A stretch of 64,000 nucleotides of DNA from the human T2T-CHM13v2.0 reference genome, Homo sapiens, in the NCBI RefSeq assembly GCF_009914755.1, contig NC_060934.1. One strand, given 5' to 3'. Positions 19,559-32,830 of this stretch are shown piece by piece. Within the stretch, counting starts at the first letter, position 1, and the number at the start of each line of letters is the position of its first letter. A program made the position numbers and the translations under genes. The notes beneath the pieces are model-generated. The model had not been told where the DNA came from and did not search any database. It saw nothing but the letters and a program-made list of their open reading frames with translations.

Positions 19559-20546
19559 CCTCTTTCTGTTTCTGTTATTTTTAAATAGATTTTAGAGCCT
19601 TTTTAGGTTCACAGTAAACCATATGCCAGCCTCCACCCCTGACCACACACACACAGAGTGCTGACTACTTTCCCCACTATCAACATCTTGTACCAGAGTG
19701 TTACATTTTTTACAGTCAGCGAACTTAAGTTGACACATCATTACCACCCAGAGTGTCCATAGTTTACATTAGGGTTCACTCTTGGTTTTGACAACTGTAT
19801 AATTTATAATGTATAAAGGGTTGATTCAGGGTTTTGACAACTGTATAATAACATGTATCCACCATTATAGTATTATACAGAATAGTTTCACTGACCTAAA
19901 AATCCTCTATGCTCCATCTGTTCATCCCTCCCCGAGCTCCTGGCCACCATACATCTTTTTTTTTCTCCATGGTTTTCCCTTTTCCACAAGGTCATATAGT
20001 TGGACTCGTACAGTATGTAGCCTTTTCAGATTGTCTTTCATTTAGTAACATGCATTTAATTTCCTCTGTGTCTTTTTGTAGCTTGGTAGATCATTTCATT
20101 TTAGTACTGAATACTCTTACATTGTCTGGATGTCCCACAGTTTATCCATTCATGTACTGAAAGACATCTTGGTTGCTTTCAAGTTTTGGCTATTATGAAT
20201 AAAGCTGTACACATCCATGTACAGAATTTTGTGTGGACATAAATTTTCAACTCATTGGGGTAAATACCAAGGAGCATGATTGCTGGATTGTATGATACAA
20301 GTATGTTTAGTTTTGTAAGAAGCCTTGAAACTATCCTCCAAAGTGGCTGTACCATGTACCATTTTGCATTTTCACCAGCAATGGATGGGAGTTCCTGTTG
20401 CTCCACATCCTTGCCAGTGTTTTTGATTTGGGTCATTCTGATAGATGTATAGAGGTATCTCATTTTAATTTGAAATTTTCTAATGATATATGATGTGAAA
20501 CATCTTTGCATTTGTTTATATGCCATCTGTATATCTTCTTTGATGA

Positions 20547-20894
<348 letters not shown>

Positions 20895-21985
20895 TAGTAG
20901 AGACAGGGTTTCACTGTGTTAGCTAGGATGGTCTTGATCTCCTGACCTCATGCCGCACCCGGCCTCTCATTTTCTAATGTCATTTACAACTAGAAGTTTT
21001 CCTCTAAGCACTGCTTTAGCTGTATATCATAATTTTTGTTGGGTTTTCATTTATCTCAAAATATTTTCTAATTTTTCTTGTGATTTCTTCTTTGACTCAC
21101 TGATTATTTAGGAATGTAGTGTTTAATTTTCACATATTTGTAAATTTCCCAGATGTCCTTCTGTTACTGATTTTTTTTTTATTTCATTGTGATCAGAGAG
21201 CATACTCTGTCTGATTTTTTAACTATATTAAAACTTTTTTTAATGGCCTAACGTAGGTTTATCCTGGAGAATGTTCCATGTGCACTTGAGAAAAACATGT
21301 ATTCTGCTGCTGTTGGAGTAGTCTATAAATGTCTAGTTGATTCTGGTATTTTCAAGTTTTCCATTTCCTTGTTATCTTTTACCTGTTTATTATTTAAAAT
21401 AGAGTGGTGAGTGGTGGCTTGTGCCTATAATCCCAGCACTTTGGAAGGTCGAGGCGGGGGGATCATTTGCGCCTAGAAGTTAAAGACCAGCCTGAGCAAC
21501 ATAGTGAGACCCTGTCTCTACAAAAAAAAAGAAAAAGAAAAACTTTAGCCAGGCATGGTGGCACATGCCTGTGGTCTCTGCTAGCTCAGGAGGCTGAAGC
21601 AGGAGGATTGCCTGAGCCCAAGAGTTCCAGACTGCAACGAGCTGTTATTGCACTGCTGCACTCCAGCCTGGGCAACAGAGTAAAACCTTATGTCTTAAAT
21701 AAAAAGAGAGAGAGTGGGGCATAGAAGTCTCCAATTACTGTTAAATTGCCTGTTCCTCTGGTTCCATACGTCTTTGCTTAATTTATTTTGGCGCTCTGTT
21801 AAGTGCACATATTTATAATTGTTAGGTCAAGTGCACATATTTATAATTGTTACGTCGTCCTGATGGATTGTCCCTTTACCATTATAAAATATCCTTTTTT
21901 GTTTCTAATAGCAATTTTGTCATAAAAATCCCTTGACCAATATTTGTATAGCTATTTCAGCTCTCTTATATCTCATTAAGAGTAA

Positions 21986-22358
<373 letters not shown>

Positions 22359-24163
22359 TAAACATTAATTGAAACTTCTTATATAGAATTTTACCAGTAA
22401 CCATCCTCAAAAAGTGGTTGTCAAATGTTAAGTGGAGTGTAAATGCTTAGAAGGGAAAGATTTTCACTAGGGATGAATAGGACCAATTCCTGGGAGAAAC
22501 CTTCCTAGAGAATCTAGGATATAAAATTAATAGTTGTAACTATTTTATTTTATTTTACAATAAATATCAATAGCTATCATTTGCTAATAGGCCCCTATTG
22601 CCTATTCTTCCATTCTCTGTTTCATTCTAGGCACTATGTCGATCACTTTGCCTATATTATTTAAACCTCTCGAAAGCTCTGCATAATAGATATTGTCCTC
22701 AGTTTGTAGATAAGAAGTAGACTCAGCAAATTTATGTAATGGAAGCCCATGGGCTTCCAGCAAATAAAGCAAGGAGCCAGAATTTTACATTGGCAAATTT
22801 CTTGTTACTGTCACTCAGTGAGTCAGCTAATAGGCCACATATGGATAAGTAGTTTCTAGTACCATAAGAACTAATAGAGATAATGTGAATTTGAATTAAT
22901 TTGAGAGACTGTTAATAAATTACACAAATGATGTGTAAGTAACAAAAATTTTATGAGTTGGTACCACTAGAATTGAAAGACAAGTGTATTGCCAAAAAAC
23001 AAAATGATAGCTAGGTGCCTGCACTAACAAATTGCCTGTTCTCTTTTCTTTCTTGATATTTGCTTTGCTAGAAATGGAAAGGAATAGCAAATACATCAAA
23101 GAGAAGATGGAGCAACTGCAATATCTCATAAGCAGTTTTTTTTTTTTTTAACTCATTTGATGTTTAAGTTTATATTTTTCCCCCAGGTAATGCATTGACA
23201 CAGTCAAAAATTCAAAGACACGAGGTACAGTAGGATATTTAATGAAAAGTCTTTCTACTATGTCTGCCAGCCATGGTGCCAAGTAAGTTTTCTTACTTGG
23301 TTATAAATTATAACTATCGTTATAAATTTCTGGTATTTCATTGCAGTTTGTTTCTCTTTTTCTTCTCTCTCCTTCATTCTTCTCCTCTCCCTCTCTCCCT
23401 ACACTTACACAGAATCTACAAACGTAAGAGTTAAAGGAACATCAAGGGAGAGGGAAGTACCCAGGGTTTAGCAAGCTACTTGCAAGCTACTTGCAATGAG
23501 GGAACCAGGGAAAAAAACTTTAACACTTTTACCACTCTCTGATGTTCTGGTCTCTCCTATCATTTGAACACATCAGAAACTAGAGGGCAAGGTTGCCTAA
23601 ACTTTTTTTTTTTCTTAGCAGTATATCGTAGATACCATTTTGTATTCATATATGAAGAGCTTTTTTTTTTTTTCTATTAAAAGTAGCCTGGATAAAGAGC
23701 TTTTTAAAAAAAAAAACTGTGTTCATACATAGATGTATGATTACTTATATAATCAGTCTTCCTCCATTGATGGACATACAGGCTTGTTTCCAATCTTTTA
23801 CTGTTATAGACAGTACTTTCATAAACAACTTTGGGAAGTAATTTTATGCATGTGTGCAAATACATCTGTAAGATAAATGACTAGAAATAGAATTACTGGG
23901 TCAAAGGTATGTGCATTTATAACATAATGGATATCCTATAATTGGCTTTTGTAGAGATTACACCCATTTAATCTCCCAACGGTGTATTGGAGTGCCTGCT
24001 TCCCCATTGCCTTTGCCAACATGCTGCTATCAATACACAGAACTAGTTATATCTGCTGCCTTAGCATTGACCAAAGCTCAGCAGAATGCTCACTCAGGTA
24101 TTTTTTTTCTCTTTTATTATGAAATATTTCATTTGTGGAAAAGGAATATATCGCAGTTTCATG

Positions 24164-24766
24164 TGAGAAGAGATAAACAGGGCGAAGTCAACAACACCCT
24201 TGAAAAAGCTAGCATAAAAGGGAAAAAAAAAGTAAGTTTACAGTGGAGAAATGTGGCAAACACTACAACAGCCAAATAATCAAGGTCATTATCACCAGTA
24301 ATGATTCATGTAGGTATTATGTACATTTGATCTGATGCAATGAGAATTGCACTTTGCCTCTCTGGTCTTCTTCCCTGAAACTCCTAACTCCAAGAGATAA
24401 TGAGAAAAACACCAGACAAATTCCAGTTGAGGGATATTATACAAAATACCTGGTCAGTACTCCTCAAGATTGTCAAGGTCATCAAAAGCAAAGAAGTCTG
24501 AGAAACTGTCATAGCCAAGAGGAGTGTAAGGAGACATGACTAAATGTAATTCACATGTCTTTATTCTGTTCCAGAATCTTATCCAAGATACCACATTACA
24601 TTTAGTCATGTCTCCTTACACTCCTCTTGGCTATGACCTTGATTATTTGGCTGTTGTAGTGTTTGCCACATTTCTCCACTGTAAAGTTACTTTTTTTTTT
24701 TTTTTTGCCCTTTTTTGCCAGCTTTTTCAATGGTGGTGTTGATTTTGCCCTGTTTATCTCTTCTCA
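24164..24766. repeat. Inverted duplication of L1MC-type sequence (arms 24164-24289/24633-24766 and 24508-24550/24595-24637)
   Basis: Checked base by base: 24237-24289 is the exact reverse complement of 24633-24685 (53 bp), and 24508-24550 is the exact reverse complement of 24595-24637 (43 bp). Outer arm is ~90% identical. Confidence 0.95.
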
Positions 24767-25153
24767 TCCTTTTATTTTTAATTCTTTTGGGTTCTTTTTT
24801 ACATTTATTGTGATACTGATATAGCTGGATTTTTATCATCAGATTTTGTGCATTCTATTTGTCCTACTTTTTCCTTTAAGTTTTATGCTTTATTTCTCTA
24901 CCTAAGTGGTTATTCTTGAAAAGTCTTGGCTTTTATCACTTCAGATATTGCTTTTCCCCCATTCTTTCCATTCTCATTTTGTAGAACTCTGAGTAGAGTT
25001 ATATTAGACATTTTTCCTTTTTTTGTTATGATAGAATTTTTCATTTCCTGGGCTTTGTTATGCTGATACACTACGAACACTTGGCTGTTTAATATGTTGC
25101 CCTATCCTCTGCATTTTGTGTAAACTGGTGTTTAGATCTTGTCAGTGAGGTTA

Positions 25154-25188
<35 letters not shown>

Positions 25189-26218
25189 TACAGGAATATC
25201 TGATAGATAGTTTGTGTGCTTCTTATTGCATCACATCACAAGGCACATAATGTGTAGTTGTTCTTTTTATGATAAGACCGATCAGTGTGTATAGGTGTTA
25301 TCAGCCTGATCCATTCAGTAAAGTTGCCTATTCATTTCCACCTAGTTTTAGCAGAGATTGATAATTTATTTTTCATTGCCTCTAGGTCCATTGTTTCATT
25401 AAGTAATACAAAACATTGTCACTCTAATGTTTTCATTCTTTCTTCATTTATTGGCTTAGAAAATTTATGTTATCAATCAAGAAGAGATTGCTGAGTCAGA
25501 GGGTAAATTGAACATAGAATTTTGCTGGGTATTGCCAAATTTCCTGCCACAGGTGCTGAATCATTTTGTGTATTCACCTGCAATATGTGAGTGTGCCTAT
25601 TTCCTCATGCTTTGCCAGTAGGATGTGTTAGCAAACTGAGATTTTAGCCAGTCTGTTAAGAAAAGATAACTTATTGTAGTTTTAATACACATTTCTTTAT
25701 CAGTGAGGAGGCTAAACCATTTTAAAGTAAGAATACTTAGATTGTAAAAGGGTACTCTAGAGTAAGAAATATATTTTCCCCAAACTTAAAACTTCATGGC
25801 TTCAATTTTATGGGGGTTTTATATTTTTGACTGATAAATCCCAAGGTATCAGTTACTCCATAAAAATACTCCCCATTGTTTTTCCTCTAGCCACATGGCC
25901 TTCTGTCACTCACATGAACTCAACCTATTTCTTTTCTGCCTGCTCATAAAATATATCATTGGCTTATTTCACTACCTAAAAAACAAATATGGACTTAAGA
26001 ACTCAAGTACTCTCTTCATATTAATAAAAGTTTCTAGTAATATTTACACTTAGCCTTCAGAGAAATGTTTTCTTTTTACTTTGCTATATAGAAGTTCCTA
26101 TGTATGATCAAAATAAAGAAAAATTTAAAAACCTAAGTCCTATTCCATAGTGATTTAGTCTTTGAATAATCTTTGTTGTCAAAGTTTATAGTTAGAGAAC
26201 TCATTTAGTCTTTTTTGA

Positions 26219-26503
<285 letters not shown>

Positions 26504-28139
26504 TAGTCTTTTGTAGCCCTCATTGGTTACCTTCTTGTGAGGCAAATGACTAGGATACCTTCAGAATAAGAGTTCCTTTTGTTTACTGCTGGATCATGTT
26601 TGGTCTTGCTCCCTAAGTCTTAAAAGTAGATTAGTTTTAAGAAGTATCTTTCAACAGTGTGAGACTTTCTGGGTACACACTGTATATGAATAAAAGTAGC
26701 TGAATTACAGGTCCAAAACATAACTATACAATCTTTTTTTAAAAGGAGGGGAGGATAACTGCTCTTTATCAAGAGAATCTAAATTCTCTTGATGTCTTCA
26801 TTTTCCCTTTACATTGCCAGATTTCTTGGCTCCTTTGACTCCTTCCTTTGCTCCTTGTCCTGGATCTTTAAGGAAAAGGGCACCTATTCTTTATTTCTCA
26901 CCTGAGGATTTCCTGAAATTGTCTTATTTGTATTCCAGAGCTATATACCACAAGTTTTTTCTCAGACACCTGCTGTCTTTGATTATGCCTTCTACTCCAC
27001 TGTCCTATAATGTTTAACATCGTTTGCCCTTTTGGGGTGACCATATAGTTTAGAACTGGAAGAAATAATAGCTGACACAAGATCGTTACTACGTGACATT
27101 AAGTACTAAGAGCTTCATATGAATTATTTTAATTTTTACAAAAACTCTGATATACATAACACCTTCATTGTACAGATGCAGAAATTCAGGCCCAGAGATG
27201 GCACTTTGTCCCAATTCACACAGCAGACCCAACCTAATCCTTACCCACCTTGTTTTGTTACAGCCTAATGAGCCTAATACACAACCTTCTCATATACAGG
27301 GAAGAAGAAAATTCAGTGGTAATGTCAGGTTACCTTCCTCAGGGTAATGGTTACCTGAAGTTTATAACTCATTGTTCTTTTCTAAAATACAGTTTTTCTT
27401 ATTAATAAGAACAATTATATTATCATCATGGAAAATGTGAAAAATATACACATATGTTTAAAGAAAAAAGACTGTGTTATACAGTTAACTGGCATATATG
27501 TAGTATGTGCATAATTAGTGCTGCCAGCTGTTTTTATGTGTTAATAAAGGATGATTGGTGGTGGTGACTTTTTTCAGCAAAGTTTTTCACTTCCAGTTAG
27601 AAGGCTCTTCTTAGCATGCCCTGCTTGGTTTTACCTTGATTCAGTTGTGCTTTTTCTTCTTCACTTGGAATTGGCCTTCTTTTCACATCAGAGACTTCAA
27701 GTTTAGGTCAAGATTCATTTATTTAAAAAAACAAACAAAACAAACAGCAATTTTTAAAAACTGTTTGTATCCTTACCTCCTCCCCCCCCATAATCTTTAC
27801 CTAAAATTTTCTTAACATCTGTATAGTTTGTACCATACTATCATATCTTTATTAATTTTGCATTGGAAGTTTTCAGTTGTTTTATGTATATTGTTTGTCC
27901 CTAACTAGATTGTAGACTCCTAGGGGGCAGCAGCTAGTGTGTTAAATATAATTTACATTTATTTTAATACGTAGTAAAATGTGTTTACAATAGATGCTTA
28001 ATAAGTACTTAGTAGTTGACCTTACAGCTCACAAGTATTCTGTAGCCTATTATTTTATGAGTATAAATTTAAAATTTCCCTTGGCATAAATTATATAATC
28101 ATAAGGAACTACTGTGGTGATCTTCAGTGATTAATCATG

Positions 28140-28325
28140 GAAATGCAATATATGAATTTATAGATATAGCATATATAACTATGTACCATATATATTTTCA
28201 TATATAATCATATATATGTTTTTATATATAATCATATATATGTATATATAATCATATATATGTATATATAATCGTATATATATGTATATATATAATCGTA
28301 TATATATATGTATATATATAATCAC
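28140..28325. repeat. AT-rich tandem repeat (unit ~TATATATAATC(A/G)TATATATG)
   Basis: Several imperfect ~20-24 bp units visible at 28200-28322. Confidence 0.85.
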
Positions 28326-28847
28326 TCATCTGCTTTGACCTTAAGTCTTTTATTCTTCAGGGTTGTTTGGGTTAGTTGGTTTGTTTGTGGGTCCTTTTTT
28401 TTTTCTTTTTTTGGTCAGATACTATTTTGGACCAGGCATGGTGTCTCATGTCTATAATCCCAGCACTTTGGGATGCCAGTCACTTGAAGCCAAGAGGTTG
28501 AGACCAGCTGGGGCAACATAGCAAGATACCATTTCTACAATAAAATATATATAATTAACTTAGTTATCTAAAAAGTTGTCCAAGAACATATCCCTTCTTT
28601 ACAATCTAATGATTAACCTTTTGTTATTAAGCAAAGTAACTTACAGCGTAAGTTTGCAGGATGTTTGTTCTTACATAAAGATGGTGAAATCTCAAACTAC
28701 CAGCAGAGCAGTCAATCAGAGATGAAACTTACATAAGCGACTTTTCTGGGGCTCTTGGACCTAGCCTCCAAAGTGTAGTGTTTAAAACAGTGGGGAATGC
28801 TAGAGAAAGAGGTAAAACTCTTTACTATCGCATTAGGATTCCCCATC

Positions 28848-29576
<729 letters not shown>

Positions 29577-30380
29577 TTAAAATGTCCATTTAACAACAGA
29601 TTGAGTCAAGTACTGGCCACAGAGTACTGTGGCTAGGTCCTGTGCCATTATATTCCAGTGCCTTGTAGAAAAGGCCAAAGTGCCCCATACTGCCAAGTAC
29701 CATGTGCTGAGATAGCTGTGGCCCAGAGGGTCCTTGAGAGTGATGCCAATCATCATTAAAAAGCATTTTTTAAGCACCGATCTGTACATGGTTCTGTCCT
29801 AGGCACTGTACAAAACGAGTTAAACAGACATGGCCCTTGCCCCCTGGGAGTTTTCAGTCTAAGATGATGCTGACATGGACAGACATAAAGGATATTGAGA
29901 CAACTGAACAAACATTGAACAAGAACATAAAGTACTAACATTATGCACAAGCAAAGGGGTAAGTGTATTTTGTGGGGTAGTATGTAAAGGAAGCCTCATG
30001 GGACATGGACAGGGTGGGGTAGTCAGCCTCTATCAAGTTAAGTTAGTCTTTGCTGAGAAGTTGGATTTTTATACAGATTTAATCAAAGTAAGGACAGGAC
30101 ATTCCAGACATGTAGCAAAAAGACTTGGAGCAAGGATGAAAGTTTATATTGTTAAACTGTCAGTGGCCTCAAAAATCTGTACTTCTGGGTGGCTCTGAAA
30201 ATGGGGTTGGTGTCTTAGCTTTAGAAAGTTGCCATTTGAGGGCCGGGTGCAGTGCCTCACGCCTGTAATCCCATCACTTTGGGAGGCCGAGGCGGGTGGA
30301 TCATTTGAGACCAGAAGTTCTAGACCAGCCTGGGTGACATGGCAAAACCCCATCTCCGCTAAAAATAAAAAAATTAGCTA

Positions 30381-30500
<120 letters not shown>

Positions 30501-30795
30501 CTATAGAGCGAGACTCTGTCTCGGAAGAAAGTTGGCATTTGAGTTTGGTCTAGGTCGAAATCAGTTCAATGCAAAGCAAAAAGCAAACAGAAAAAACATG
30601 GGAACTTGAGTGGCTTCTGTGAGCAGTCTGTCTTGCTTGTTGAATCTCTTTTATAAATTATTGGCCACTTAACAGAAGGAACTTATCGTCTCAGAAACTT
30701 ATACCAGGTTGTCTTGTAAAGTACCTGTTTATGCTCATTAAATCATGTTCTGTGTTAGAAACTTTCGCACAACAAAGTATAGAATTATGTTTCTC

Positions 30796-30896
30796 TGCCA
30801 GTCCAAGTGCATTGGTATTTACAACTAATTGATCACAACCAGTTACATATTTCTTTGTTTCTTCTCCACTCCAACAGCTTCACTTGACTAGCCTCT
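30796..30896 (+). pseudogene. Y3 RNA (RNY3) retropseudogene
   Basis: Full-length match to Y3 RNA (…GTCCAAGTGCATTGGTATTTACAACTAATTGATCACAACCAGTTACATATTTCTTTG…CTTCACTTGACTAGCC). About 11 mismatches in 101 nt by hand against the recalled RNY3 sequence. Confidence 0.93.
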
Positions 30897-32387
30897 AGGA
30901 GTTCTGGGTGTTATTATAAGCAATGCCAGCAAATGCTGAACATTAAGTATTACCTACCTGCCCTTCAGTCATTGACTTCTGAACTTCCAAGGTGTACCTT
31001 TAGCAGCCAAAATATAAATTTTAATTTATATTACAGTGGCAGCAAAAATCTACTTTTGTTTGCTATGTCTGCCAGACAAAACTGATTACTTCTTTTTTAG
31101 TAGACATTGACTTACAAGCCCCAGTAGTTCTCAGCTCACTTTTTTATGTCATTCATGTCTGAAACGTGAAAACTTGAATTTACCCAGAATATTAGGGTGT
31201 AGTTGTTCTCTTTACAAAAGCTTCTTTATTATACAAAAGAAGTAATAGTTTCCCTGCTAATTCCAAGCTTCTCTGGTGCCCTTTAAATTAATAGATTTTC
31301 AAAACTTAATATTTATACAAAGCTTCAGTTGCCATTCATTATGTAAATACAGTGCTATTAGAAACATAAGTGTTGAGGCCCACTAAGGCATTAAAAATTC
31401 AATAATACCTTTTGAAAATATTGAAACTTTCTCAAGCCCCTATATATTTAACTTGTAAGGTACATTTATTATAGTTCTTCCTCTCCACCAGAATTAAGGT
31501 TTTCAAAGGCTGCTGTCTTGCCTTTTTCTACTTCCCATAACTTTTTGTGGTGTAATCTGACAGCAATAAGAATCTAATAAATGTTGCTTTTTTCCTAAGT
31601 TTACAACCCCTGGCCCCAAATCATGAGATAGTAGCACATAAACTTCATAGGAAGAGTATGAATTAGAGACTGTCCTCCAAAAGATTTCAGTGATTGTTCT
31701 TACTCACCAAATAGCTTGCCAGATAATCTTTAGCTCTCAGGAATACCTCCCCTGGGTGGCAGTTTATTATTCTAATGGTATGCTTAGCACTAGGCATTTA
31801 TCTTTTCTTTTAAGTATTAAGCTAATCTTAGACTAGTGTCTGGAAAAGCCTTAAGAGATTTAGACAAAGTAAACTTAAGAGAAAAGCCAAGACAGAATTT
31901 TGTCAGAAAAACTAGAATTAGGTGCTATAAAATGCAACCTTTGCCTCCATTTTATCTGGTACATCTTTTGCCTATAACACAAGAGATGAGTAGAAAATTT
32001 CCAAAGAGGAAATATGAAGACTTTTTTTTCTTATTCAAAAGAATTCACACCCAATGATTCAGGAAGAAAATTGAGCTTGTTAGAAGCTTCTGAGATCTTC
32101 CAAGGAAAAACAAGAAAAACAATTCAAACATCTGTAGGCTGTCACTGTTCATGATAGATAAAAGTAATAGTGATGGGTTATATTTTAGGAATTATGCTTT
32201 CATTCAAATATTTGAATTTTGTTTTAAGGAATTATATTGCTTTACTCCATCAGTAGGTAGTTCCAAGTACAAGACAATTCAGTTCAACAAATGATTGAGA
32301 GTAGTAGGAACTTGGGGTAAATCAATGATGAAAACAAAGATCATTTTCCCTTTGGAGGTTTGTTTTTGTTTTTTTGGTTTTTTCTGA

Positions 32388-32492
<105 letters not shown>

Positions 32493-32535
32493 TGAGTAGC
32501 TGGGATTACAAGCACACACCACCACGCCCGGCTAA

Positions 32536-32830
<295 letters not shown>

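Noticed and set aside
23471-23496. Tandem 11-mer GCAAGCTACTT x2.4
   Set aside because: Ordinary short slippage duplication with no supporting context.
25489-25498. TGCTGAGTCA ARE/MARE-like motif (similar at 22819-22827)
   Set aside because: Isolated motif in decayed repeat sequence, expected by chance at this scale.
28140-28325. Repeat array as a CRISPR-like structure
   Set aside because: Simple AT-rich slippage repeat without unique spacers, in a primate intron.
29600-29964. Cryptic exon using the GTAAGT donor at 29959, plus a small GCCACAG-AGTA-CTGTGGC hairpin
   Set aside because: Several weak alternative acceptors in L2-like sequence; the 7-bp stem is not significant.
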